Part shown: piece by piece, positions 1-14,400 of the stretch | How positions within the stretch are numbered: the stretch's first letter is position 1 | How the letters are laid out: each line of letters opens with the position of its first letter | Source: the human T2T-CHM13v2.0 reference genome, Homo sapiens | DNA: 64,000 nt | NCBI RefSeq assembly: GCF_009914755.1 | Contig: NC_060930.1 | Strand: one strand, 5' to 3' | Translations under genes and position numbers: made by a program | The notes under the pieces: generated by a model | What the model saw: only the letters and a program-made list of their open reading frames with translations | Told to the model about the DNA's origin: nothing | The model's database searches: none

Positions 1-3000
1 CAGGTTGGGAAAGGATGATATTACTTGCAATATCGCATGGGGCGTACACACCCCCTGTGATATTGTTTCTAATATACAGGGGGGAGAGGATGATATTACT
101 CCCAATATCGCAGGGAGTTTACACCCCCTCCTGTGGTATTTTTTCTAATAAGAAGGGAGGAAGAGAATTATATTACTTTCAATACTGCAGCAGTTGTACA
201 CCTTTCCAGTGATATTTTTTCTAATATCCAGGGGGGAGAGAATATTGATCTTAATATTTCAGGGTGTATACCCTTGGTTTGTGATATTGTTCCTAATATA
301 CTACAGGCAGGGAGAGGATAATTTTACTCTCAATATCAAAGGAGTGTTCACCCTCCCATTGATATTGTTCCTAATATTTGTGTGGAGAAAGGATGATATT
401 ACTTCCAACATCTCAGAGGGAGTACACCCCCACTTTGATAGTTTTCCTAATATCCAGGAGAGGAGAGGATGAGATTACTCTCAATATTGTATGAGGGAGC
501 AACCTCCCCTGTGATATTGTTCTTAATATTTAGGTTGGGAGAAAATGATAGTACTCCCAATATAGCAAGGGGAGTACACCGCCCCCAGTGATATTGTTTT
601 AATACCGAGGCATGAAAATGATGATATTTCTCCCATTATAGTAGAGGTGTAAATTCTCTCTGTGATACTGTTCCTAATATCCAGAGGGGAAGAGGATGAT
701 ATTACTCACAACATCCCAGCAGGTATACAACTTTCCTGTGATATTGTTTTTAATATCCAGGGATGGAGAGGATGATATTACTCCCAATATTGCAGGGGGT
801 GTACACCTCCCATAATATTTTTTCCTAATATCCATGGGGAGAGGATGATATTACTACAAATATCACAGGGGTTTCCACACTCTCTGTGATATTGTTCTTA
901 ATTTCCAGTGAAGGACAGAATAATATTACTTTCAATATCACAGAGAGTATGCACCCACCTATGATACTGTTCATAATATTCAGGGTAGGAGAGAATATTA
1001 CTCCGAATATTGCGGAGGATGTACACCTCCCCTGTGATATTGTTTCTAATACCCAGAGGGGGAGAAAAGAATATTAATCTCATTATCGCAGGGGTTGTAC
1101 AATCCCCTTTAATATTGCTTCCAATATTCAGGAGAGGAGAGGATGACATTACTCCCAATATCGCAGGGAGTGTCCACCCCTCTGTGATTTTTTTAATATC
1201 CAGGTTGGGAGAAGATGATATTACTTGCAATATCACACGGGGTGTACACACTCCCTGTGATATTCTTCCTAATATACGGGGATAGGAGAGAATGATACCA
1301 CTCCCAATATCGCAGGGAATTTACATCCGCCCTGTGATATTGTTTTTAATATGAAGGGAAGAAGCGGACTGTATTACTTTCAATATCGCAGTGTTGTACA
1401 CATTCCCAGTGATATTTTTCCTAATATTAAAGTGGGAAGAGGATAATATTACTCCCAATATTGCAGAGTGCATACTCTCCCTCTGTGATATTGTTCCTAA
1501 TAAACAGGGGATAGGAGAGGGTGATATGACTCCCAATATCTCAAGGGGTGTACACCCTTTTTGTGATATTGTTCCTAATATTTAGGGGGGAAGAGGATGA
1601 TATTACTCCCAATACTCCAGGGGTTATACACCCCCCGCTTTGAAATTGTTTTTAATGGCCAGGGGAGGAGAGAATGATATTACTCTCAATATCTCAGGGA
1701 ATATGCAACCGCCTGTGATATTGTTCTTAATATTTAGGTTGGGAGAAAATAATGTAACTCCTAATATCGCAGGGGGTGTACACCCTTCCCGGTGATAGTT
1801 TTCCTAATATCCAGGGGCGGAGAGGATGATATTACTTCCACTATAGCAGGGGGTATACACTCCCACCCCCCCCCCGCCGTGATATTGTTTCTAATATGCA
1901 GGCGGATAGAAAATGATGTTACTCCCAGCATCCTAGGGGTGTCCCACCCCCTGTGATGTTGTTCCTAATATTAAGGAGGAAAGAAGATGATATTACTTCC
2001 AGTATCACAGGGGTTGTACACACAACCCCTGTGATATAACTTCTAATATCCAGTGGGGGAGAGGATTATATTAATCCCAAGATAGCAAGGGGTGTACACC
2101 CCTTATTTGTAATATTGTTTCTAATATTTAGGAAGGGAGAGAATATCACCCTCAATATTGTAGGGGGTGTACACCCGCCCTGTGTTATTGCTTCTAATAT
2201 TTAAGGGAGGAATAAATGAAATCACTACCAATATCCTCACCTGTGATATTGTTCCTAATATCAAGGAAAGAGGATATTACTGCCAATATCGCAGGGGTTA
2301 TAAACTCCCAGTACAATACTGTCCCTAACATCCAGAAGGGAAGAGGATGATATTACTCCTAATATCGGGGGTGCGCACCCACCCGTGATATTGTTCCTAA
2401 TTTCTGGGGAGGGGGTGAAAGGATATTGCTCCCAATATCGCAGGGGTGGACACCCTCGCTGTGATATTTTTTTAAATATTTTTGGGGAAGAAGATGATAT
2501 TAATCCAAATATGGCAGGGGATGTACACCCCCCCTTGTAATATAGTTTATAATATCCAGGGGGAGAGAGGATAATATTACCCCCAATACTGCAAAGGATG
2601 TACAATCTTCTTGTGATATTGTTCCTAATATCCAGGGGGTGAGAGAATAATACTTCAATATCAGAGGGGGTGTTCACCCCCACCTATATTATTGTTCCTA
2701 ATATCCAGGGAAAGAGAAGATGATATTACTTCCATTATCCTAGGCGGTGTACACGCCCATTTCCGTGGTATTATTCCTAATATCTAGTGGAAGAGAGGGC
2801 GATATTACTCCCGATATTGCAGAGAGTGTACACCCACCCTGTGATATTGTTCCTAATATCCAGGAGAAAAGAGGATGATATTACTCCCAACATCGCAGAA
2901 ATTGCACACCCACCCTGTGATATTGTTCCTAATATACAGTGAGGGAGAGGATGATATTACTGTCAATTCACATGGGGTTCACACCCTCCCTATGATATTG

Positions 3001-6000
3001 TTTCTAATATCAAGGAGGGGGAGAAGATTATATTGCTCCCAATATCGCAGGTGGTGTACAGCCCCCCTTTGAGATTGTTTCTAATATCCATTGGAAGAAA
3101 GTATATTTCTTCCAAAATTGCAGGGATGTAAACCAACTTGTGATATTTTTTCTAGTATCCAGGGGACAAGAGGATGAAATTACTCCCAATATCGCAGGGG
3201 GTGTACACCCCTTCTTGTGATATTACCCTTCTGGTATAATATCCAGTAGTGGATAGGATGATATTATTCCCATTATCACAGAGGGTGTACACCACCCCCG
3301 GAATATTGTTCCTAATATTCAGGAGGGGAAAAGATGACGTTATCCCAATATCACAGGGCGTGCACACTGCCTTTGTTATATTGTTCTTAATATGTGGAGT
3401 AGGGGGGAGAAAATGACATTACTCCCAATATCACAGATGTACAACTTTCTTGTAATATTGTTTTTAATATCTAGAGGGGGAGAGGATGATATTACTTTCA
3501 ATATCGCAGGATATTTACTCTACCTTTGTGATATTGTTCCTAATATCCAATGAAGGAGAGGATGATATTATTTTCAACATCGCAGGGGGTGTACACCCCC
3601 CTATAATATTTTTCCTGATATCCGGGGGCTAGAGGAGAATATTACTCCCAATACCGCAGGGGCTATAGGCTGTCACTGTGATATTGTTTCTAATATCTAC
3701 AGTGGGAGAGTAAATGATATTACTCTCAATATCGCAGTGGGTGGGCACTCCCCTTTTGATATTGTTCCGAATATAAAGGATGGGAGAAAATAATGATACT
3801 CCTAATTATGCAGCACGTGTACACATCCCTGAAAAATTGTTTTTAATATCAAAGTTGGAAGAGGATGATATTACTTGCAATATCGCACTGCGTGTATATC
3901 CTTCCATGATATTGTTCCTATTATACAGTGCGTGTGAGGATGATATTACTCTCAATATCGCAGCAGGTGTACAACTCTCCTGTGATATTTTTGTTAATAT
4001 TCAGAAAGGGAAAGAATGTTATTACTCGCAATATTGCAGAGGGTGTACAACCCCCTGTGATATTGTTCCTAATATCCAGGGGGAAAGGATGATAATACTT
4101 TCAATATCCCAGGGAGTGTGCATCACCACTGTGATATTGTTCCAAATATCAACGTTTAAGTGGCTGATATTACTTCCAATACCACAGGAGGTAAACACCC
4201 CCCTGTGATATTGTTTATAATATCCAGGAAGGGAAAGAATAATATTACTCCAAATATTACAGAAAACGTTCAACCGTCTGTGATATTATTCCTAATATCG
4301 AGGGAAAAAGAGGATAATATTACACCCAATATCGCAGGGTGTGTATACAACCCACTGGGATATTGTTTTTAATATCTAAGAAGAGAGAATGATATTAGTC
4401 CCAAAATTGAAGTGGGTGTACACCCGCCCTGTGATGTGGTTCCTAATATCCAGGGGAGAAGAGAATGATATTACTCCAAATATAACAGGGGATGTACACA
4501 CCCCCTGTGAGATTGTTTCTAATATCCGGTAGAAGAGGGGATGACATTACTCCCAATAATGCAAAAGGTGTAAACACACCCTGTTATATTGTTCCTTGTA
4601 TCCAGGAAGAGAGAAGATCATAGTACTCCCAATATCACAGAGTTTCTACACCCCCCTTGTGATATTGTTTCTCATATCCAGAAAGAAGAGAATGATACTA
4701 CTTCCAATATCGAAGGGGATGTACACTTCTTCTGTGATATTTTTCTATAATCCAGGGAAAAAGAGGAGAATATTAATCCCAATATTGCAGGGGATGTCCA
4801 CCCCCCTTGTGATATTGTTCCTAATATACAAGAAGGGACAGAGTGATATTATAAGTTATATCGCAGGAAATGTACACTCCGGCTATGATATGTTCGTAAT
4901 ATCCAGAAAAAAGAGGTTGATATTACTCCCAATATCGCAGGGGGTGTCCACCCTTCCTGTGATATTGTTTATAATATCCAAGAGGAGAGAGGATGACATT
5001 ACTTCCAATATCGCAGAAGGCGTACAACGCCCCTGTGATATTGTTGCTAATATCTAAAATAAAAGAGGATGATAATACTCTTAATATCGCAGGAAGTGTA
5101 CACCACCCATGTGATATTGTTCCTAATATCCATGAAGAAAGAAAATGACATAAATCAATATCACAGAGGGTGTACACAACCCCTCTGATATTGTTTCTAA
5201 GATCCATAAAGGAAGAAGATGATATTACCTCCAGTATCACCTTTTGTGATAATATCCGGGGTGGAAGAGGATGATATTACACCCAATATTGCACAGACTG
5301 TACACCCTTCCTGTGATACTGTTTCTAATACCCGGGGCGGGAGGAGAGAATAATATTACGTCCCATATCGCAGGGAGTGTACACCCCTCCTGTGATATTG
5401 TTTTTAATATCCAGGGGGAGAGAAGAAGACATTACTCCCAAAATTGCTGGCAGCGTACACCCCCACAGTGATATTTCTCCTAACATCCAGAGGGAGAGAC
5501 GATGATATTACTCCAAATGTCGCAGGGGGTGTACAACTCCCATATTATATAGTTTTTAATATCCCCGAAAAAAAGATGTTATTACTCTTAATATCACAGA
5601 GGGTGTATCCCCCCCGCTTTGATGTAGTTTGTAATATCCAGGAGGATAGAGGATGATATTGCTCCCAATGTCGCAGGGGGTGTACGACCCCCTTTGATAT
5701 TGTTCGTAATATTCAGGGGGGGAGAGGATGATTTTACTTCCTAATACCGCAGAAGGTGTACAACCGCCCTATGATATTGTTCCTAAATTCCAGGGGGAGA
5801 AAGGTTGATACTACTCCCAATATCAGAGAGGGAAACACCACACCAGTGATATTGTTCTGAATATCCATTAAGAGAGAGGATTATATTACTCTCAATATCT
5901 CAGAAAGTGTACACTACCGTCCTGATATTGTTCCTAATATCCATGAAGGGTCAGTGTATTACTTCCAATGTCGCAAGAGTTGTACACCCTACTTGTGATA

Positions 6001-6635
6001 TTCTTCTTAATATCCAAAAAAAAAAAAAAGAAAAACACGTAACTCCCAATATAAAATAGAGTGTAAAACCCACTATGATATTGTTCCTAATATCCAAGAA
6101 ATAAGAGTATGACATTACTCCCCAAATCACAGGCAGTATACACCCTCATGTGATATTGTTTGTAATATCCAGGCAAAGAGATACTTCCCATATCATAAAA
6201 ATCCTGTGTGTCCACCCCAGTGTGTTGCTGTTCATAAAATCCAGGGGAAAAGATAATATTACTTCCAATATCATAAAAATCCTATATGTCCAACCCCCTG
6301 TGATATGGTTCGTAATAGCCAGGGGTGGAGACGGGGGTGATAGTACTCCCCATATCGCGGAAGGTGTCCACCCCCTTGTGATATGGTTGGTAATAGCCAG
6401 GGGTGCAGAGGGGGGCGATAGTACCCCCAGTATCAGGGGAGGTGTCCACACCTCTGTGATACGGTTCGTAATAGCCAATGGGGGAGAGAGGAGTGCTAGT
6501 ACTCCCAATATCGCGGGGGTTGTCCACCCCCCTGTGATACGGATCGTAATTGCCGGGGTGGAGGGAGGTGCTATTACTCCCCATATCACTGGGTGTGTCC
6601 ACCTGGTTCTTAATAACCAGGGAAAAAGGGGGAGA
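1..6635 (+). repeat. Satellite orientation block 1 (defined as +: GATATTACTCCCAATATC on the top strand)
   Basis: Monomers read GATATTACTCCCAATATC...GATATTGTTCCTAATATCCAGG. Confidence 0.9.
6290..6600 (+). repeat. Intermediate GC-richer monomer variant (GCTATTAC/CCCATATC...GATATGG/GTAATAGC, TGTCCA centre)
   Basis: For example TAGTACTCCCCATATCGCGGAAGGTGTCCACCCCCTTGTGATATGGTTGGTAATAGCCAG at 6341-6400. Confidence 0.85.
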
Positions 6636-9600
6636 TATTTGAAACAATATCACAGGTGGGGTGTACAGCTTCTGCAATACTAGAAGTAATATCATCCTCT
6701 TTTCCCTTGAATATTAGGGACAATATCAGAGTGAGTGTGTACAGTTTCTGTGATATTGGAAGTAATATCATTTTCTCCCCATCCCCCGCTGAGATATTAG
6801 GGAAAATATCACAGGAAGGATGTACACCTTCTGTGATATTGGGAGTAATACCATCCTTTCTCTCCTGGATATTAGGAACAATATCACCAGTGGGGATTCA
6901 CACCCTGTGATATTGGGAGTTATATTATTCTCTTCCCCCTGGGTTTTAGGAACAATATCACAGGGTGGGTGTACAGCCCCTGCTAAATACAGAGTATTAT
7001 CATCCTTTCCCAAATGGATATTATAAACAGTATCTCGGCGGGGGGGGGGGTGCTAAACCCCCTGCGATATTGGGTGGAATGTCATCCTCTCCCTGCCTGG
7101 ATATTAGGAACAGTATCACTGGGGGATGCACATGGCCTGCGATATTGGTGGGAATATCATCCTTTCCTTCCATGAATATTAGAAACAATATCACAGTAGG
7201 AGTGTACATACCCTGTGATATTGGGAGTAATATCATCCTGTCTTTCCCTGGATATTATGAACAATATCATAGTGTAGGTGTACACCTCCTGTGATTTTGG
7301 GACTAGTAGTACCCTCTGATTCCCTGGATATTACGAACAATATTCCAACGGGGGGTACACACACGAAATTTACAATATTGGAAACAATATCATCTTTTCC
7401 CTTCCTGGATATAACGAACACTATCACAGGGGGGTGTACATCCAGTGCAATATTGGGAGTAATATTATTTTCTTTCCCCCTGAGTATTATGAACAATCTC
7501 ACAGGGGGGTGTATTATTTTATTTATTTATATTATTTTATCTGCTTCTAGATATTTCAAACTATAATCAAAGGTTTGAAAACCTCCTGCGATAGGGAGTC
7601 ATATTATTCTCTCCTCTTCAGGATATTACAAACAATACCACAAGCTGGTGTACACTCCCTGGAATATTCAGTGTAATATCAACCTCTTTTTTTCTGGATA
7701 TTATGAACAATATCACAGCTGGGTTTTCCCCCCTGAGATATTGGGAATAATATCATCCTCTTCTTCCCTAAATATTTTGAACAATATCACATAGGGGGTG
7801 TACACTTCCTGCGATATTGAAAGCAACATCTTCTCCCTCCCTGATATTAGGAACAATATCACAGGAAGCGTGTACACTGTCCGCAACATTGGGAGTAATA
7901 TCATCCTCTTTTCTACTGGATATTAGGAAAAATATCACAGGAGGGGTGGACAACCCCTACAATATTGGGAGTAATATCATCCTCACATTCCCTAAATATT
8001 AGAAAAAATATCACGGGGGGCGGGGACCGTACACCCCCTGCTATTAAAGGAGTAATATTATGCTCTATTTTCCTGGAGATTAGGAACTATATTACAGGAA
8101 AGCTGTACAACCTCTGTGATATTGAAAATAATATCAACCTCTTTCTCCCTGAATATTAGAAACAATATCACAGGGGTTGCCTCCCATGTGATATTGTTCC
8201 TAACAATAGGTGTACCTCCTGCGATATTGTGAGTAATATTATTTTTTCCCCGCCTGGATATTAGGATATTAGGAACAATATCACAGAAATGGTGTACACC
8301 CACTGCGATATTGGGAGTAACATCATCATCTCCCCCGCCTGGACATTAAAAAAAATCACTGGGGAAGTGTACACCTTCAGCGATATTGAAACTATCATTT
8401 TCTCCCAAACTAAGTGTTAAGAACAATATCACAGAGGGTGTTCACCTCCTGCCAAATTGAGGGTAATATCCTCCTCTCCACTTCTTCTGGATATTAGGAA
8501 CAATATCACAGGGAAGGTGTACACCCCCTTCGATATTAGGAGTAATATCATCTCTCCCACTGGATATTAGGAACAATATCACAGGGGGTGGTGTACAGCC
8601 CCTGTAATATTCACAGTAATATCATTCTATTTTTTCCTGGATATTGAGATCAATATCATAAGGGAGGTTTACATCTCCTGCAATATTAGAAATAATAGCA
8701 TCCTCTCCCTTCCTGGATATTAAGAACAATATTACAGGGGGTTTGTACACTTCTTGGGATATTGAGAGTAATATCATCTTCTCCACCTCTGAATATTAAG
8801 AACAATATCTCCTGTACTCCTTCTGCGATATTGGGTTAAAAACATCCTCTCCCACACTGGATATTAGAAACAATATTAAAGAGCGGGTGTACACACCCTG
8901 CGATATTGGGAATAATATGATTTCTTCACGCACCACTCCCCCCCAGATATTAGGAACAATATCACAGGAAGTGTGTACACCCCCTTTGATATTGGGAGTA
9001 ATATCTTCCTCTTCCTTCCTAAACATTAGGAACATACAAGTGGAGCACACACTCTGCAATACTGTGTGTAATATCCTCTTTCCTTCTGGATATCAGGGAT
9101 AATATTACGAAGAAAGTGTACACCCCCTGTCATTTTGGAAGTAATGTCATCCTCTTACCCTCTGGTTATTAGCAACAATATCACAGAAAAGTTGTACACC
9201 CTTTGCGATATTGGGAGCAATATTATTTTCTTCCCCCCGGATATTAGGAACAACATTGCAAAAAGATGTACACCCCCTGTGATATTAGGAGCAATATTTT
9301 CCTCTCCCCCCGGATATTAAAAACAATATCGCAAGGGGGATGTACACTCCGCGATATTGAAACTAATATCTCTCCCCTCCAATATATAAGGTACAATACC
9401 ACACGGGTGGTGTACACCCTCTGCCATACTGAGAGTAATATCATTCTCTCTTCCCCTGGATATTAAGAACAATATCACAGGGGAAATGTACACCCCCTTT
9501 GATATTGGGAGTAATTTTATCCTCTCTCCCACTGGATATTAAGAACAATATTGTAGGGGGTGTGTACACACCCTGAAATATTGGGAGTAATGACATTCTC

Positions 9601-10135
9601 TCCCTTCTGGATATTATGAACAACATAATATGGGGGTGTACATCCCCTGCCATATTAGAAGCGATATCATCGTCTCACCACAGAATATTAGGAACAACAT
9701 GACATGGGAGGCACACATCCCCTGCTATAATAAGAGTAATATCATTCTTTCCATTCTTGGATATTAGGAACTACATCAAAGAAGAGGTGTACAACCCCTG
9801 CAATATTGAAAGTAGTATAAACTTCTTACCCCCTGAATATTAGGAACAATATCACAGGGAAGGTGTACACCTTCTTTGATATTAAAAGTAATATCAATTT
9901 CCCTACACTTGGATGTTAGAAACAATATCACAGGGGGTGTGTACACCTCCTGCGACATTGGGAGTAATATCATCCTCTACCCCTGTATATCAAAAACAAT
10001 ATCAACAAAAGAGTGTACACCCCCTGCGATATTGGGACTAATATCATTTTCTCCTAACCTATGTACTAAGAACAATAACACAGATGGTGTGCACCCCCTG
10101 CGATATTAGGAGTAATATCCTTTTCCCTCTTGGAT
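6636..10135 (-). repeat. Satellite orientation block 2 (inverted)
   Basis: Monomers read GGATATTAGGAACAATATCACAGG...GATATTGGGAGTAATATCATCCTCT, the reverse complement of block 1. Confidence 0.9.
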
Positions 10136-10938
10136 ATTACTCCCAATATTTCAGGGGGATATCACGGGGGGGAGAGGATTATATTACTCCCAATATTACA
10201 GGGAGTTTACACCCTCCCTGTGATTTTTTTTATAATATGAAGGGAGGAAGAGGATTATATTACTTTCCATATCACAGGGGTTGTACACCTTCCCAGTGAT
10301 TTTTTTTCCTAATATCCAGGGGCATAAAGGATTATATTACTCTTAATATTGCAGGAGGTGTACACTCGCTCTATGATATTTTTCCTAATATACAGGGGGC
10401 GCGAGGACAATATTGCTCCAAATATCGAAGTGTTGTACACCCTTCCTTTGATATTTTTCCTAATATTTAGGTGGAGAGATAATATTACTTCCAGTATCCC
10501 AGGGTGTGTACACCCACCCTTTGTTATTTTTCCTAATGCCCAGTGGTGGATAGGATGATATTAATCTCAATATCACAAGGTGCGGGGGGAAGGAACCTCC
10601 TCTGTGATATTATTCTTAATATTTAGGTTGGGAGAAAATGATATTCCTCTCAATATCGCAGGGAAAGTACACCACCCCAGGAGATATTGTTTCTAATATC
10701 GAGGGGTGGAGAGGATATTATTTTCACTATAATAGAGGGTGTACACCCCCACCTGTGATATTGTATCTAATATCAAGGAGGGAAGAGATATTACTCTCAA
10801 TATCGCAGCAGGTGTACAGCTTTCCTGTGATATTGTTTTCAATATCCAGCTGGGGAAAGGCTGATATTACTCCCAATATTGCAGTGGGTGTACACCCCGT
10901 CCCGTAATATTATTCCTAATATCCACGGGGAGAGAGGA

Positions 10939-11480
10939 TGAGGTAGCGCTCCTTTCGCGGTGGCACTAGTGGCGGGGAGTCTGTCCCTTGCAGACCCCTA
11001 ACCTGGCGACGGATGAATAAACGTACACTGACACACAGATATTCTGTTTTGCCAGTCCTGCTGAGTGTCCGACCACCTACACACCAAAAGATGTTTGTCA
11101 CTGCTGGCCGGGCCCGTTCAGCTGGTACTCCAGGCATTTATTTAGTACAGAATTAACAAGAGAAGCTTTGGGTAAACACACTTGAGGATAATTAACATGG
11201 TTAAGAGAGTAGTACTACAAATGATTAAAGCTCAGGTACCGCGGTCTAAAGTAAATACCATTAGGGGGCAAGTAAGACTTAACTGGGGAAGCCTTTATTG
11301 TCTCTAGTATTTACCCTATGACCTAATGCTCTAGGGTAAGAACAGGCCTCCTTCAGCCTGTTCAATTATTATAAGCTATCTAACCTTTCAGCCTTCCAAA
11401 AAGATTTGTGACTATTCCCTATATCTTCCCCTAATATTTCTCTTCAATATTTCTGCCACCATCCTGAGTGAATCCCAACA
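10939..11480 (-). mobile_element. Solo LTR of the LTR22 family (HERV-K22/HML-5), 542 bp, with 6-bp TSD AGAGGA
   Basis: Minus strand starts TGTTGGGATTCACTCAGGATGGTGGCAGAAATATT and ends ...GAAAGGAGCGCTACCTCA (TG...CA termini). AATAAA lies on the minus strand at 11137-11142. AGAGGA is at 10933-10938 and 11481-11486. Confidence 0.88.
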
Positions 11481-14400
11481 AGAGGATGACATTACTTTCA
11501 ACATCTCAGGGGGTTTACACACCCCCTGTGATACTGTTCTCAATTTCCAGTGAAGGAGAGGATAATATTACTTTCAATTTCACAGGGGGTGTACACACCC
11601 CTGTAATACCGTTTCTAAAATCCAGGGAAAGGAGAAGATAACATTACTCCCAATATCGCAATGGCGGTGTACCCCCATCTTTTGATATTGTTTTTAATAT
11701 CCTGGGAAAGAAAATAATATTAATCTCAATATCTCAGAGGGTGTACACTCCCCCTGTGATATTGTTTCTAATATCCAGGAGAGGAGAGGATGATATTACT
11801 CCCAATATCGCAGGGCTTGTACATCCTACTGTGATATTGTTTTTAATATCCAGTTTTGGGAGAGAAGGATATTCCTTGCAATATTGCATGGAGTGTACAA
11901 ACCACTGTGATATTCTTCCTAATATATGGGGGGGAGAAAATGATATCACTCTCTATATCTCAGGGGGTTTATAACCCCCTGTGATATTGTTCCTAATATC
12001 AAGGGGGGAAATAAATGTTGTCACTCCCAATATCACAGAAAGTGTACACCCCTTTGGTGATACTGTTTCAATATCTAGTGGGAAAAAAGGATGGCTTTAT
12101 TTCCAATATCGCAGGGAATGTACACTCCTACTGTGATATTGTTCCTAATATCCAGAAGAGAGGAGGGTGATATAACTCCCAATATCGCAGGAAGTGTACA
12201 CCCTTCCTGTGATACTCTTCCTAATATTCGGAGGGGAAGAAGATGATCTTACTCCCAATATCATGGGGGATGTACACCCCTTGTGATATTGTTCATAATA
12301 TCCAGGGGGAATAATGATGATACTACTTTCAATATCGCAGAAAGTGTACACCCAACCTTTGATATTGTTTCTAATATCCAGGATGGGAGAGGATGACATT
12401 ATTCTCGTTATCGCAGAAACTGTACACACCCCCTGTGATATTGCTCCTAATATCCAGGGAGAGAGAGGATGACATTACTCCCAATGCCTCAAGCACTGTA
12501 CTCCCCCTTGTGATGTTGTTTTTAATATCGGGGGGTGGGGACAGGATGATATTACTCCCAACATCGCAGACTGGGTACACCCCGCTGTGATATTGTTCCT
12601 TATATCCAGGCGGGGAGAAGATGATATTACTCCCAATTTCTCAGGAAGTGTACACCCCCTTGTAATATTGTTCCTAATATCCAGAGAGGAAGAGGATGAT
12701 ATTGTTCCAAATATTGCAAAGGGTGTACACCCTTCTTGTAATATTGTTTCTAAAATCCAGGAAAGGAGACGATTGTATTACTTTCAATATCGCAGAGAGT
12801 GTACACCTCCCTCTGATATTGTTCCTAATATCCAGGGGGCTGGCAAATAAGATTACTCCCAATATCGCAGGGGCTGTACATCTTCCCTGTGATATTGTGT
12901 CTAATATCCAGGAAGGGAGAAAATGCTATTACTCTCAATATCATTGAGAGTGAGGGAGTGTACACCCTTCTGTGATATTGCTTCTAATACCCAGTTGAGA
13001 AGAGGATGATATTACTCCCAATATCGCAGCAAGTCTACAACGTAGCTGTAATATGGTTTTTAATATTAAAAGGTAGAGAGGATGATATTACTTCCAATAC
13101 CTCAGGGAGTGTACACACCTTCCATAATATTGTTTCTAATACTGTGGCGGAAAGAGGATGACATTACTACCAATATCACATATTGTGATATTGTTCTTAA
13201 TTTCCAGTGAAAGAGGATGATATTACTTTCAATGTCACAGTGGGTTTACACTTTCCTGAGATATTGCTCCTAATACCTGGGGGGGGGAAATAAAATATTA
13301 CTCCTAATATCGCAGGGGCTGTACAACCCCCCCCCCCCCGTGATACTGTTTCTAATATTCAGGGGGGAGAAAATGATGTTACTCTCTATATCACAGGGGG
13401 TGTACACTCCCCCTGTGATATTGTTTCTAATATCCAGGAGAGAAGAGGATAATATTACTCCCAATATCGCAAGGCATGTACGTCCTCCTGTGATACTGTC
13501 TTTAATATCCTGGTTGGGAGAGAATTATATTACTTGCAATATTGCACAGGGTGTATACACCCTCTGAAATATTTCTCCGAATACACAGGGTGGAAGCTGA
13601 TGCTATTACTCAAAATATCTCAGGGAGTTCACACCACTCCCCCACCTTGATATTGTTTCTAATACGAAGGGAGGAAGAGAATTATATTACTTTCAATATC
13701 TGAGGGGGTTTACACCTTCCCAGTGATATTTTTCCTAATACCCACAGGGGGAAGAGGATGATATTACTCCCAACATCACAGTTTGTGTGCAGTCCCTCTG
13801 TGATATTGTTCCTAATATACAGGGAGGGAGGAGAGAATGATATTACTCCCCAAATCGCAGGGGTGTACACCCTCGCTTTGATATTGTTCCTAATATTTAA
13901 TGAGGGAGAGCATAATATTACTCCCAGTATCCCTTGGGGTGTACACTTCCCCTTTGATATTTTTCCTAATATCCAGGGGAGAGAAGATGATATTATTCTC
14001 AATATTGCAAGGGGTGTAGACCTCCCCCAGTGATATTGTTCCTAACATCCCAGTGAAGAAAGGGTGATATTACTTTCACTATCACAGATGGTGTACACCC
14101 TCGCCCCTCCTTGATATTGTTTCTAATATCCAAGTGGAGAGAAAATGATATTAATTCTAATATCAAAGAGGTTGTACAACCCATTTGTGATATTGTTTGT
14201 AATATTCAGAGGAAAAGAGAAAGATATTACTTTCAATTTCGCAGGTGTTGTACACCCTCTCCCCTCCGTGATATATTTTCTAATATTCAGGGGGAAAATA
14301 TGATATTACTCCCAATATAGCAGGGAGTGTAAACTATCCCTGTGATATTGTTCCTAGTATCCAGGGGGAGAGAGGATGCTATCATTCTCAATATCACAGA

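Noticed and set aside
6016-6035. Poly-A run (also 20495-20510) as a possible retrotransposon tail
   Set aside because: Both lie exactly in the monomer purine tract with no upstream SINE body or TSD; simple slippage explains them.
10916-11137. 73-aa non-repetitive ORF
   Set aside because: It lies in the R/U5 part of the solo LTR22, with no retroviral protein similarity evident.
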